64,000 nt of DNA. Source: the human T2T-CHM13v2.0 reference genome, Homo sapiens. The notes beneath the pieces were generated by a model that saw only the letters and a program-made list of their open reading frames with translations, was not told where the DNA came from and searched no databases. The stretch lies in the NCBI RefSeq assembly GCF_009914755.1, contig NC_060928.1; one strand, 5' to 3'. Below are positions 1 through 15,475 of this stretch, one piece after another. Positions within the stretch are counted from its first letter, which is position 1, and each line of letters begins with the position of its first letter. A program made the position numbers and the translations under genes.

Positions 1-529
1 TTGAATTAACTATTTTAAAGAAATTGTTACATTTTTCTCCTTCAATTGGCTTGGAAGATTCACATCATTTAACTATTATTTTCATGGCTATTCTATTATT
101 TATAACATGAGTATTTTACATATGAAAGTCTATTACATATAAAATTAGACTTTCCCTCTTCCCATAGGTTGAGCATCAAGCAGCCCCCATCTTGTCACTG
201 GTTCTAAATTCCATTTTTTGTCCGCTAGTCCTCTTGTATCTACTGAGAGCTCTGTCCAGCTCTCAGACTGCCCAGCTCTTAGCCTCCCAGAAATCTCTTC
301 CTAAGTAAGACATAGGCCCCCTAAGAGAAAAGTAGTCTCCTATGCCAGGTTAATTTTCTAACTGCCTTCTACTCTCAATATGTCTCTATAATTTTCCAAG
401 GCTTTTTGACTCTCCAGTATCTTCTGATGATTTTTTTAAAAATTCTGCTCCTCTAGTTCTCAGCTGGAGGATTGCTCTGAATTAGTCGATTACAACAGAA
501 TGTAGAACTTTTTAGAGTCTGTTCTCTCT

Positions 530-1113
530 AGAGAATAATACAAGTCAGATAATATCATTCCTCTGCTAAAAATCTTTCAATGGATCCTAAACTCATTTGG
601 GGGACAAGCCAAAATTCTACTGGAGGTTTCACTCACCATTTTCTCTCTGACATCAGCTCCTCCTCGTCTCAGCACTTCTCTCAGCGGTGCTCATTTCCCT
701 GTTGTTTCTGAAACTGAACTGACATGTCCGCACTCATATTCTTTGTGTTTGCCCTTCCTTTTGTCTAGGAGAGAATATTTTTTTTTCACTCATCTTTTTG
801 GCTTGTCTCCTCCTCTTCTTCAAATAGCTCCTCAAATATTGTTTTCTCAGTGAGGTTTTATCTCATGATTCCAGTTAAAATTGAACTCTGTAGACACTAC
901 CCATCCTTTTTCATTTACCTTTCTCCTTAGACATTATTACCTTCTAATAGATTCTACAACTCATTTATTATTATTACTTTTGATCTGTTTTCTTTCATTC
1001 TATGTTCCAAAATGACAGAGAATTTTAAAAAATTCATCACATATCCCCAGAATGTAGAATAGTGTCTGGTACATAGTAGGTGCTCAATAAATATTGCTGG
1101 AATAAAGAAATGA
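530..1113 (+). mobile_element. L2 LINE 3' fragment
   Basis: Ends in the typical L2 3' terminus 'agaatagtgtctggtacatagtaggtgctcaataaatattgctggaataaa'; upstream pyrimidine-rich L2-like body. Boundaries approximate. Confidence 0.8.
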
Positions 1114-2439
1114 GGAATGTAGTTACCAGTGGAACAAGAGTTCTAAATTTATATTTGACAGGTATTAAGTAAACAGAATTAGCTGTTCTATTGGTTAAAT
1201 GGCAATGATAACGTTGGAGGAATCCAGGATGATAATCACATTTCTGTCCCAGGGACACTTTCTATTCCTCTGAATGGACACACTCATTTACTAAAAGACA
1301 TTTGCTACCTTATTTCTTCGATGACTCCATTTCGGGTTGATGTCTCATCTCAGCACCCTGAACGCCATAATTACGTTAATGATGCTCTCCTAGTCAATGA
1401 TGTCAAAGGCCAAAACATATCTTGAGGGCTATGTTCCCTGTATCTACTGAATTCAGGTAGAATTTCCTAAGTGCCAATTAATTGAAAGAAATAAGTGCCA
1501 CTAATGTTGAAAGGAGAGAGGGATTCCAGTGGCTCGAGTGTCTGATAAAGTCTGTAGAAAAAGAAAGTGATCTTTCATATGCTCTCTAACATTTGGATAC
1601 GATTTGACTATTTGAAAAGATTAGGCTTTCAGCTCAGACAGGGCATGAGAAAGAGCATAAATGTGAAGGTAGAGATGGGATAATGGAATGGATTTTGGAA
1701 GAATGTAGAACAGTTGGAATGGGCATGCAGGATGAGCATGTATATAGAAGCAAATATCTTTAAATTGCTTTTGAGAAAGATGAGTATCTTTCGTTTGAAA
1801 ATGACATAATTTACAATTATTCAGAATTTTTATTTAAAAGAGGAATGGAGATGAAGCTGGAGAATATATGATGGAGAAACACAGGTTAATTCAGCCCATT
1901 TTAATAACCAGGCATTTTGGAAAAATATATGTTATTTGATAAAATGTTATTTATTTAATAGATTCAGCCAGCATCGTACTCTTCACATTAGATTAGTGTG
2001 TCATTTTTTAAAAGCAGCAAATGTGTTTTCTATTAGGATAAGGGGTCTACTTTTAGTTTTCTGGAGGCTTATTTCCTCTCTACATCCCTTACTACTGGAA
2101 GCTGTTCTTTAAGATTGGAAACCCAGTAGGGAATTCACATCTTTGAGAAATGTGGATGTGCAAGTCCTAGATCAGAAAAACAGTCCAGTTTATTAAAAAA
2201 AAATGGAGGGTGAAAAACACAAAGTAGACTATACATGGATGAAAGTAAATTTAAAATTAAAAATCTGATGTGAACTATTAAACATTTTTGGAGCATTAAC
2301 AGGAATCATTTTGGCTTGCTGTGGAATCGTTTGTTAAACAGGTCAATAACATACGTTTAACTTGCTCTGGCCAGCTCCTCCCTTTTGGATGTCTGGAGTT
2401 TCGGTCACACCTTCTCCTCAGCTCTCTCAGGCAAGTTGA

Positions 2440-2550
2440 TGTAGTAGAAGGAATCCTAGGACTAACTATGCCACTAAATAGCAACAATTTTGGGCAAGTC
2501 AGTTAACCTCTTTGAATCTCAGTTTCCTCATATGAAATATCTGAGTATTG
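2440..2550 (+). mobile_element. MIR SINE fragment
   Basis: MIR core 'tgggcaagtcagttaacctctttgaatctcagtttcctcat'. Confidence 0.75.
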
Positions 2551-2563
2551 AAGAAAATACTCA

Positions 2564-2856
<293 letters not shown>

Positions 2857-3504
2857 TACTCGCTATATCACTTTACAATCTAACACTCCATTCTTTGATA
2901 GGAGCCTTTCTCTAGGACCTGCACTTTGTCAGGGTCTTTGGTCGGCTGCATCAGAGGATGACTAGAATATGACCCAAGACTAACTCACCACTAGCACCAT
3001 ATTTGGAAAAGAGTTTACTTGCTAAAGCAAACAATTAAAATGGATGTATCCATGTTCACTGCAGAGGAAACAACTAAGCTAGAATCTTGATCTTATAAAA
3101 GACCAGCACAAGCCCTCTGAAACTGAGTGTTATCCCCAAGGAAATATGTATTATCGAAATGAGTTTTTTTCTATAGTATGTACTTCCAGGACATATGAAG
3201 GGATGAAGAGCTTAGCAGGTGCCTGTTTTAGAAGACAGAGGCTAGAGACGTGTCTGTCTTGTGGAAACTTGCACCTGCATTTAGCTCTTGCAGTAACCAT
3301 GGGATCTGTAAATGTAGATCCTTTACCTTTAAGCTGTTGCAGATTCCACTGCTGTGTTATTTATGAGGTGTCAAAGACAGACTCAGCAACGTTCAGTAAT
3401 TCACTTTTAGACAACTGGTTTGTATGAGGATCTATATTGTTTATCAATATAGAACGAGTAATTTACATTTATGGGTTTTGTTTGCATGCAGGAAGAAGCT
3501 CGGT

Positions 3505-3755
3505 GAAGTCTAAAGAGCACGGGCTTTTGAGACAGGAAGACTTGGGTTGAAATTCCAGTTCTACACTTTGCTAAATGTATAATCTGGAAATAGTTACATA
3601 ACCACCCTGAGACTTAGTTTCCTATTTTAAAAATTTGTATAACGAAACCTAAATCATAGTTGTTCTGTAAACAAACAATATAAAGTAATTCAAGTTCATA
3701 GCATAGTTCCTGACATATACTAGATCCTAAAAAATAATTGTTAAATGAATGAAAA
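3505..3755 (+). mobile_element. MIR SINE
   Basis: 'aagagcacgggcttttgagacaggaagacttgggttgaaattccagttct...ctgagacttagtttcct' resembles the MIR head and core; MIR/L2-like tail. Confidence 0.7.
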
Positions 3756-4989
3756 TGAGTTTCCTTCCGCTTTTGTTCATTCCTCAACCTCTTTAGTTCC
3801 TGAAAGTTGTGGAAAATAAAATATGGCAGTAATAGCAGGTATCCATTTACCTGTTCTCTTCCATTCCCTCTTTTCTCAAACTCAATCTATTTTTCCTTCG
3901 AGAATTGTGTATTAGAGCTAGGCTGTAGCACTATGGCCAAATTTCATTCCAATTTAATTCAATACACACATTTCTGTTTACGCTGTGCTAGAAACCACAT
4001 GAATGATCAAAACAAAATCCCTTCCCTCAAGTAACTCCCACTGGAGCCGAGTGAGATACAACAGAGGTGCTGTGTCCTTGTATAGAGGCCTTTTGTTCAG
4101 CAGTGTGCATGTACACTGCTGCATGTGTTTGCAGGATTAAACAGTCACACCAATGCAAATCTAAGAGTCTAAGATTGAGAATGAACAGGAAAAAAATTTT
4201 AATCCCAATTGTCTTGATCTAATATCAAAGGCAAAGTAGACGTGAGAAAATTTAGTCAATAACGTTGAACTACCAAGGAATTAAAATGTGAGGGATTTTT
4301 TTTAATAGGTCATGCATTTTGCAAAGACTTATCTATTTTAAGACACTTCTCAAGTTTGAAGTACTTTTTTTGTTATTCTTTATCTACCAAAAAAGAACCA
4401 GGTGAAGGAGTAGAACTTTATGCCATTAATACTGATGTGAATTGCTGTTATATTAAAGGAAAGTGGCAGACATCCTTGGATCAGAAAAGATGAATCACAC
4501 ATTATTGAGTGTGAAAGTGGGGAAAGAAAATGGAAAAAAAATGATAAAGGAAATAAAATAGCTAAAACTGAAGTTACAAAAGAGTGGAAAATCTTTTTTC
4601 AGTAGAAGAAATATTAGGCTATATCTTTAAAAATAATAACAAGGGTTGTTAATTTTAATATAAAGACTTTATAATTAATTACCTAAATGATTGCCTTTTT
4701 TTTCTAGTCTTTCTCCTTGATAGCATCACCACTGCCTTCCTGAAATATATCCCACATCCACACAAAGAGTCTTCCCAGGCTGTCACAGCACAGATACAGT
4801 GGTTCATTGAATTGGGGCAAACATGGACCAAAACTGTAATGGTCAGAATTTAGGAAAGCAAATTGTCATCTGGTTTGGATGCTCTGGGGACCACCAATTG
4901 TCTGTTTGAGAAACTGGCTTGGTTGGGCTTATACTGAATAGACAGCCCTGAAGAGTAAAAACAAGCTAGCAAGTGAACAAAAAACAGAA

Positions 4990-5130
4990 ACAGACTTTGA
5001 ATTGAGACAGGCCTGGTTTAAAATTCTGGCTCTGCTCTTTTGTAGATTTGTGATCCTTGGCAAGTAATTGCTCATCTTTGAGGCTGTTTCATTTGCTGTC
5101 TGTGTCAAAATATGACAGTTAAATGGGATG
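4990..5130 (+). mobile_element. MIR fragment
   Basis: 'cagactttgaattgagacaggcctggtttaaaattctggctctgc...ccttggcaagtaa'. Confidence 0.65.
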
Positions 5131-6900
5131 GGAGAGAAGGCAACTGGGAACTATAAGGTGCTCCATCTATGAGGATTCTCTATTTTTCCCCCTAAGACGG
5201 GCACTGATGAGGTGCTTAGTAAATATTGAATATTACTAAATATTAAGTATATATTAGTAAAATTGAATATATAAGTCTTGTAATGGATATGTGGATATAC
5301 TTAACAAATATACAACAACAGCAACAATGGCATCAATACAAAAGCTTGATGCATGAAATAGATCACAACAGCTGGCTCCTGTTTGTCCCCGTCTGTAAAA
5401 ATAATGAGGTGGTTCTAGATGGCCTTCAAGATGTTTTTTAGCTTTTAAATTTCTACAGTTTAATAGATTCTGATTCTCTTTATAAGAAAGTGTAGCTTTG
5501 TGTGTACTTTCATGTAGACAAATACCCATTTTCAATAGAGCACTTTATCTGGCTGTACATCCAATGGGCACTCCGAATCCTTCATAAAAGCTGATTTTCT
5601 GTTTTTTTTTTTCCTTAAAAAAAGAAAAATCAACAAAAACCTTCCTTCCCTTATTCTTCTGTGAAAGCAAGGAATCAGAAAAAGTTGAGAGAAAATGAAC
5701 AGGTTGTGAACTCTAAGGACATTGAAACAGACAGAAAGAAGATTGAGTGATAATTACAATAATGGATGGATCTTAAGGACAAAATGTTAGTGAAATCACG
5801 TTTGAAGGCCGAAAGAAAGTGCCTGGATGTGAATGAATGTCTAGAAATAAGAGGGCAATAGATTACAGCCTGGTGGAGGAGAGGAAGAAATGGTCAAAGG
5901 AAGGCAGGAAAACATCTGAGTTGAGTTTTCTGACAAAAAGAAAAAATAAAAATAAAGTAAAAGAATGAAGGGCAGGTAGAGCAGGTACATATTTTTCTTA
6001 ATTGGCTTGCAAGTGTTGAATTAGGTTCTATCTATTATTAACATGGTTTACCTATGAGATTTAGCCACCGATGACCTATTCTCTTCATGAAGCCATTACC
6101 AGTAAATTGGCTCACTTCTGACTTACCTCAAAACAGCTAATAAGAAACAGAAGCCATGAATATAGGCATCATGGGAGGAAACGTATAATTAGTAGAACTA
6201 AGAGGTGACAGTGAATATATATTTTTTTTTTGTGGGGGCCAAATTAAAGCACTGTGGAACAATGATGGCTTTTAGGAAAGAAAACACTAATTTGTTTGGT
6301 TTGGAATTTTAGAAGACAGCTCTTTCAGGGAACAGACAAGTAGCTTTCTCAGGATAGCAATGACACATTAAAATTTTATATCGCTTGGGAAAAGTCCAAA
6401 TACCAGGAGTATGGTTGCCTAAAAGACAAACTTAAATTCAAAGCATATGTTAAATGATAAAATTAAAATCACATTTTTTACCCAGTTAGTTTTCTGTTTT
6501 TTACTGAGGAACTTTCTTTCTAAGATATATATTTACTAATAATATGGTACTCCTTTAAGTTTGGTGGAAAAAATTTGTTAAATTATCTGCACCCCCCTGG
6601 GTTAGAGATGTATCTCTTGTCCTTAGCATGATAAGACTTTTCTATTGCCTTCCAGGTTTCTCTCCCCAGAATTCACTCCAGTTTTTTCATAATCCAGTCA
6701 CCAGGTTCTTCTTAATGTTCAATGCCCAGGACAGAATTCATCATTCTTGGTGGGAGCCTGGAGTGATAATGTAGAAGGTGTACTTTAAGAAGATTAATTT
6801 GGCAGCTGTGTGTAGATGGATTAGTGTCTGCACATTTTAACAACACTGTTAAAGCCTGTATAAGGTCAAATTTTCATTCCTGGAGTTTGACTTCTTATTT

Positions 6901-6912
6901 GGGGGGGGGGGG
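6901..6912 (+). repeat. poly(G)12 run
   Basis: 12 consecutive G. Confidence 0.9.
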
Positions 6913-7587
6913 TTTATTTGGGCCTTGCTCCTTTTTACGCTTAAAAAAATAACTCTGTACTTAACTTCAGGCCATCTTTATGCCGAAATTGTTGCTACAG
7001 TCCTTGGACAACTTGTGAGCTTCTCTCGAGGAGGGCATTACACAGCTTCCTATCAATGCCTGGTTGGCAGCAGCTGTTCTAACACTGATTATAGAAATCA
7101 CTCGGTATTCTAGACAGTCAATGGCCTAAGCATGGGAGAGTAAGTCAGAGGGAAGAGAAGCAAATACATATAGGATGTATGTCAGAGAAAGGAAGAGAGG
7201 ATCAGAGAAAGAAAAGAACATCAACTAAGGCCCAGTTATTAACTCTTGTTCATCCACCAATCCAAATGTTTCTATTACTATGTGATATTTTTGCCTGAAA
7301 ATGATGGTGTCATCTATAAAAATTTTCATATCTTCTGTCTTTAAAAATTTTACTTTAAAATTAGCATCTTCCTATAGACTATATATTTTTGGAGAAATAA
7401 TGTTATAGGTCATTTTTTCCCCTTGGCACACTGATCGTGTACTCTCTGAATGTGGAAAGGAGTAGACAGGCCAGTATTCATACCCGATAGTCTTTTCTCT
7501 ACCCAAGTTCTTCATGCTACCCCAAGGTTAACTATTGTTCCATTATTGCTGTCCAACTACATAATAGGGTGCAAATACTTCAAACTC

Positions 7588-7670
<83 letters not shown>
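7588..7670. repeat. Compound (TA)n(TG)n(TA)n microsatellite at the tail of the L1PB element
   Basis: Directly visible; abuts the 3' end of the minus-strand L1. Confidence 0.97.
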
Positions 7671-7671
<1 letters not shown>

Positions 7672-9079
7672 TCAATGGGTTTTTGGGTACAAGTGGTTTG
7701 GTTACATGGATGAATTGTATGTTGGTGAATTCTGAAATTTTAGTGCACTTGTTACCTGAGTAGAGTACATTGTACCCAAATATGTAGCTTTTTAATTCCT
7801 CAACTCCCTCCCAACCTCCTCCTTTCTGAACCTCCAAAGTTCGTTATACCACTCTGTATGCCCTTACATAACCACAGCTTAGGTCTCACTTATAAGTGAG
7901 AACATATGGTATTTGGTTTTCTGTTCTTGAGTTACTTCACTTAGAATAATGACCTCCAGCTCCATCTAAGTTGCTGCAAATAATTTCATTCTGTTTAATG
8001 GCTGAGTAGTATTCCATGGTATATATATATATATATACCACATGTTCTTTATCCATTCATTGGTTGAGGGACACTTAAGTTTATTTCATATCTTTGTGAT
8101 TGTGAATTGTGTGCCGTGACAAACATATGCTTGTAGATGTCTTTTTGATACGGTGACTTACTTTTCTTTAGGTAATGACTTCTTTTCTTTTGGGTAGATA
8201 CTGGTAGTGGGATTGTTGGGTCAAATGATATTTCTACTTTTAATTCTTTAAGAAATCTCTATACTGTTATCTACAGAGGTTATACTAGTTTACATTCCTA
8301 CCAGCAGTGTCTAAGTGTTCCCTTTTCACCACATCCATGCCAGTATCTATTGTTTTTTTGACTTTTTAGTAATGGCCATTTTGGCTGGGGTAGGGTGGTA
8401 TCTCATTGTGGTTTTAATTTGCATTTCCCTGATGATCAGTGAAATTGAACATTTTTTTCATATTTCTGTTGTCCATTTGTATATCTTATTTTGAGAAATG
8501 TCTACTCATGTCATTTGCCCACTTTTGATGGGATTATTTGGTTTTTTCTTGCTGATTTGTTTGAGCTCCTGGTAGATTCTGGATATTAGTCTTTTGTTAG
8601 ATGTGGAGTTTGCAAATACTTTCTCCCAGACTAAAAAATTAATATTTTTAGTTTAATTATGTCCTATTTATTTTTATTTTTGTTACCTCTGCTTTTGGGG
8701 TCCTAATCATAAATTCTTTGCCTACGCTAATGTCGAGAAGAGTTTTTCTAGTTTTTCTTCCAGAACTTTAATGGTTACAGGTCTTAGATTTAAGTCATTG
8801 ATCCACCTTCAGTTGATTTTTGTATATGGTGAGAAACAGAGATCAAATTTTATTCTTCTACATGTGGCTATCCAGTTTTCCAAGCACTATTTATTAAATA
8901 GGGTGTCCTTTCCCAAATATATGTTTTTGTATGCTTTATCAAAGATCAGTTAGTAGTAAATATTTGGGTTTCTTTCTGGGTTCTCTAGACTGTTCCATTT
9001 TTCTGTGTATCTATGTTTATACTAGTACCATACTGTTTTGTTAACTGTAGCCTCATAGGATAATTTGAAGTCAGATAAT
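7671..9079 (-). mobile_element. L1PB-type LINE-1, 5'-truncated (3' UTR and end of ORF2)
   Basis: L1PB-like 3' end 'ttttgggtacaagtggtttggttacatggatgaattgtat...ctgaaattttagtgcac'; continues through antisense ORF2 sequence to 'aatttgaagtcagataat'. Confidence 0.9.
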
Positions 9080-9539
9080 CAAACTAACCTAATCGTAAAA
9101 CTAAAAAAAATCCACTAAGTGATCACTATATTTAAGGGATTTTCAGATGCTGCTCTAAGTCTTAAGAAAAGAAAAACAAGGAAAAAGAAAGTGAAGAAAT
9201 TGACTAGGCTAATGACAGAGAAAAGAAAAAGAATGAAGGACATGTTTCCTTCTCCCAGGTGCCTAAAAAGCACCTGGGATATAGTGCTTTTCAATAATGG
9301 GTTTTCAATGTATATTCATTAAATTAGTGAAAAAACAAATGCTTTAGAAATTAACTCTGAGAAGTAGGAGTTAAGAAAATCTCCATGAAATATTCCAAGT
9401 GAAACCAAACTCCTATAACCTCTCATCATTGGTAAAATAAGTCAGAAAGTAAAAAGGTGCAAAAATGATACATATAGAAAGTTTAAAAAGTCACTTTTCT
9501 CCTCAAAACCACCTATTTGATTTCTACTTTTTTGATAGA

Positions 9540-10885
<1,346 letters not shown>

Positions 10886-10904
10886 TGATGGATTTCTATT
10901 TTGC

Positions 10905-11240
10905 TCAGGTAAAAGCTTGTCTTTATAATAGTTCTAAGGGACCCACCCTGTCTTTTCTCCCTGACCTCACTGACTCTTCCACCCCTGCTCACTCTGCTCC
11001 AGGTACACTGACTTCCTTGTTGATCAGCCTGCCCCAGGCTCCTGCTTTTCCTCCAAACAGCCTCATTGCTTTCCCTCTTACTTCTTTTAGATCTTTGCTC
11101 GATGTCACCATCTCAGTGAGGCTTTCTTGAACACCTTATTTAATATTCCATCCCTTTCCTCACTCTGGCACACCCTCTTCCCTTGGCTGCTTTATTTTCC
11201 TCTAGGGCACTTAACACCATGAAGTTATTTATTTACTTTT
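10905..11240 (+). mobile_element. L2 fragment
   Basis: 'gctcactctgctccaggtacactgacttccttg...gatgtcaccatctcagtgaggctttc' resembles the L2 3' region. Confidence 0.7.
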
Positions 11241-11309
11241 TATAGACACTGGCTTTAAAAAATAATTTAGGCAATTTTATGTATTCATCTATTTGTTGAT
11301 TTAGTCTTT

Positions 11310-11565
11310 CATTTATTGTTCACTGAAGTGTGATTTAAATCCAATACAATTTACCCATTTTGGGGTATGTAGTTGATGAATTTTGAAAAAATGTACATAT
11401 TTGTGTAGCTACCACCACAATAAAGATATAGAAAGTTTTTAATACCCAAAGCATTCCCTTTGCAGTCAATACCCTCTGCATTCCCAGCACATGGTAACCA
11501 CTGATCAGCTTTCAGTCACTGTAGTTTTGCCTTTTCTGGAAGGGGGATTTTATATAAATAGAATA

Positions 11566-11617
<52 letters not shown>

Positions 11618-12245
11618 CTTCTTTTACTCAGCATAATGCTTTTGAGATTTCCCATGTTTTTGAGTGTATTAGCAGTTCTTTTCCTTGCTGTGTAGTTTTC
11701 CATTCTCTGGTTAATCTATAAGTTGTTTATTTATTTACCTGTTGGTAACATTCGTGCTGTTTCTAGTTTGGGCCATGGTGAATAAAGCTGCTTGAAAATT
11801 TGTGTACCAATCTTTGAAATCCTTCATTTCTCTTGGGTAAATATCAAGGCATGGGACTGCTGAGTGACATGGCAAGTGATATGCTGATGTCACAAGAAAC
11901 TACCGAAATGCATTCCATAACTGTATCATTTTGCATATGTTCCAGCTGTTCTGTGTCTTTGCCAGCGTTAGTATTATTGGTCTTCTAATTTTAATCACTC
12001 TTGCAGGTGTGTAATGCTATCTCATGGTGGTTTTCACTTGTATTTTCCTAATGACTAATGAAATTAAACATTTTTATGAGCTTATGTGCAATCTATTTAT
12101 GTTCTTTGGTGAAGTGTATTTTAAACATTTTGTCCATTTTTAAATTAGTTTTATTTTCTAATTGTATTTTGATAGTTATTTTTCATTCTGGATACAAGTA
12201 CTTTATTAATAAGTTGTCTGCAAATATTTTCTTCTTGTTTGCGAT
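11310..12245 (-). mobile_element. Old L1 (L1ME/L1MD-type) 3' fragment
   Basis: 'ttacccattttggggtatgtagttgatgaattttg...accaccacaataaagatatagaa' old L1 3' UTR, followed by antisense ORF2 end. Confidence 0.8.
11570..11616. repeat. (TG)~23 microsatellite
   Basis: Directly visible perfect dinucleotide run. Confidence 0.97.
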
Positions 12246-12931
12246 GTGCCTTTTTAGCAATATATGGCAATGTTCCTTGGTGTGGCTTTCTATATGTTTC
12301 TTCTGCTGGGTGTTTAAGTTTCTAGGGTCTCTGAGTTCATAATTTTTAACAATTTGTAAATGTTCAGGGATTATTTCTTCAAATATTTTTTCTGTCACCT
12401 CTCCATTTCTTTCCTCTCCTTCTGAATCTCCAGTTACACATATATTAAACTGTTAGATACTGTTCCATAATTTTCTGAACATCTGTTTTTTTCTTCTTAA
12501 TCCTTTTACCTATGATTTTTATCATATTGTGTTTTTAAGTTTCCACATCTTCTTCAATGTTTAATCTGCTAGGAATCCCATCTGACATATTGTTTATTTT
12601 AGATTTTGTAGTTTTTTTCCCCTATGAGTTTAATTAGGGTCTTTTAAATCTTCCATATATTTTCTTTTTGTGCTTATCTTCTCATTTACATTTTTGAGAA
12701 TATTTGTAAGATTTACAGTAGCCATTTTATGCCCTCGTCTGATAATTCTATCATCTCTGTCATTTTAGGATCTGTTTTTACAGATTGATTTTTCTTTAGG
12801 TTATGGGTCATGTTTCCAACTTTTTCATGCTTAGTAATTTTGACCAGTCCATTGATCTTGTAAATTTCACATTATTGAATATTGGGTTTTCTTGTATTCA
12901 TTTAAAGAGTTTGGACTTTGTTACTGCATAT

Positions 12932-13443
12932 TGTAGGTGACAGATTTCAGGGTGGCCCCATACCCCTGTTTCTTGGTTTTCATGCTCTTGTATAATCCCC
13001 TCCCCATGAATACTTCTAATCAATAGCATGTGGTAAAGGTAATGTTATGTCACTTTCCTAATTGGTTATGTTTTATGGCAAAGGTGATGCAGTGTCATTC
13101 CTCTTATATTATAAAACTCCATATTATCAGATTGGAACTGTAGGCTTTCCTTGCAGGCTTGTTGAAGAAAGTGGCCATATTGGTCAGCCTATTGGGCAGG
13201 GAACTGCAGGTGGTACCCAGGATCTGAGGATGGCTTCCAGATGACAGCAAGCAAAACCCAGGGCTCCCAGTCCTCTAACCACAACAGAATGGATTCTGCA
13301 AACAATTCGAGTGAGTTTGGAAGCAGATTCTTCCCCAGGTGAGGCCTCAGTTGATACAGTAGCTTGCCTGACATCTTGATTGCAACCAGAATTATGCTGA
13401 TAAATTTGTGGCAACTTTTATATAGCAATGGAAAATGAATGCA
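12932..13443 (+). mobile_element. MLT1 (MLT1E/F-like) ERVL-MaLR solo LTR
   Basis: Starts 'tgtaggtgacagatttcagggtggcccc...tataatcccctcccc'; ends 'taaatttgtggcaacttttatatagcaatggaaaatgaatgca'. Confidence 0.85.
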
Positions 13444-13901
13444 CACACGGTAAGTTACTTTTGATTTAGATGGATACTTGTGAGGCTTGCTTTGAAAGGT
13501 TTTATAAAGATCCTGGAACAGCATTTAGTCTAGGTATAATTATCTTCCATGAAGATATGACCCTCTTGAGGCCTTGGTTGAATGCACTGGGTAGTAAAAA
13601 GTCTCTTCATTCTCTCTGGTGGGAACACAAACGATTCCCTATGCAAGTTCTAGGAATTATGTGGCCTACCACTTTCACCTGCTTATTCCTCAGCTTCATG
13701 GAGCTTTACCCCACAATGGCACAGAATAATACTCTACCAAATAATGAGAAGATCCTTCTGTGATCCCAAGCTATTTCTTTGCACGGTCCCTCCCTGTGGC
13801 GTACTCTGCTCAACAAATTCTACCCATCTCCTGAATTCTCTCATCTGTCTTTTGAATTCAATGGATTGCTAAGCTCTGTTCACTGAATCGTGGAATTTGC
13901 C

Positions 13902-15475
13902 TTTTTAAAAATTTTTTTTATATTTTAAGTTCTAGGATACCTGTACAGAATATGCAGGTTTGTTACATAGGTATACACATGCCATGGTGGTTTGCTGCAC
14001 CCATCAGCCCGTCATCTACATTAGGTATTTCTCCTAATGCTATTCCTCCCCTAGCCCCCAACCCCCGACAGGCCCCAGTGTGTGATGTTCCCCTCCCTGG
14101 GTCCATCATGTGTTCTCATAGTTCAACTCCCACTTGTGAGTGAGAATATACGGTGTTTGGTTTTCTGTTTCTGTGTTAATTTGCTGAGAATAATGGTTTC
14201 CAGCTTCATCCATGTCCCTGCAAAGGACATGAACTCATCCTTGTTTATGGATGCATTGTAGTCCATGGTGTATATGTGCCAGACTTTCTTTATCCAGTCT
14301 AACACTGATAGGTATTTGAGCTGGTTCCAAGTCTTTGCTATTGTGAACATTGCTGCAATAAACATACGTGTGCATGTGTCTTTATAGTAGAATGATTTAT
14401 AATCCTTTGGGTATATACCCAGTAATGGGATTGCTGGGTCAAATGGTATTTCTGGTTCGAAATCCTTGAGGAATCAGCACCCTGTCTTCCACAATGCTTG
14501 AACTAATTTACACTCCCACCAACAGTGTAAAAGCATTCCGATTTCTCCAAATCCTCTCCAGCATCTGTTGTTTCCAGACTTTTTAATGATCACCATTCTA
14601 ACTGGCATGAGATGGTATCTCATTGTGGTTTTGATTTGCATTTCTCTAATGACCAGTGATGATGAGCTTTTTTTCATATGTTTGTTGGCTGCATAAATAT
14701 CTTCTTTTGAGAAGTGTCTGTTCATATCCTTCGCCCACTTTTTGATGTTTTTTTTTTTGGTAAATTTATTTAAGCTCCTTGTAGATTCTGGATTATTAGC
14801 CCTTTGTCAGATGAATAGATGGCAGAATTTTTCTCCCATTCTGTAGGTTGCCTGTTCATTCTGATGATAGTTTCTTTTACTGTGCAGAAGCTCTTTAGTT
14901 TAATTCAATCCCATTTGTCAATTTTGGCTTTTGTTCCCATTGCTTTTGATGTTTTAGTCATGAAGTCTTTGCCCATGCCTATGTCCTGAATGGTATTGCC
15001 TAGGTTTTCTTCTAGGGTTTTTATGGTTTTAGGTTTTACATTTAAATCTTTAATCCATCTTGAGTTAATTTTTGTATAAGGTGTAAGGAAGGGGTCCAGT
15101 TTTAGCTTTCTGCATATGGCTAGCCAGTTTTCCCAACACCATTTATTAAATATGGAATCCTTTTCCCATTGCTTGTTTTTGTAAGGTTTGTCAAAGATCA
15201 CATGGTTGTAGATGTGTGGTGTTATTTCTGAGGCCTCTTTTCTGTTCCATTTGTTTATATGTCTGTTTTGGTACAAGTGCCATGCTGTTTGGGTTACCGT
15301 AGCCTTATAGTATAGTTTGAAGTCAGGTAGCATGATACCTCCAGCTTTGATCTTTCTACTTAGGATTGTCTTCGCTATACGGGCTCTTTTTTTGTTCCTA
15401 TGAAATTTAAAGTAGTTTTTTTTTCTAATTCTGTGAGGAAAGTCAATGGTAGCTTGATGGGGATAGCATTGAATC
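13902..15475 (-). mobile_element. L1PA7-like LINE-1, 5'-truncated (about 1.57 kb)
   Basis: L1PA 3' UTR 'ctcccctagcccccaacccccgacaggcccc'; ORF2 C-terminal peptides (14905-15333 '[17 protein letters not shown]', 14474-14725 '[19 protein letters not shown]'). Confidence 0.95.

Noticed and set aside
7450-7837. ORFs with CV/HT repeats (also 11491-11721 and 61521-61769)
   Set aside because: Translations of (TG)n microsatellites.
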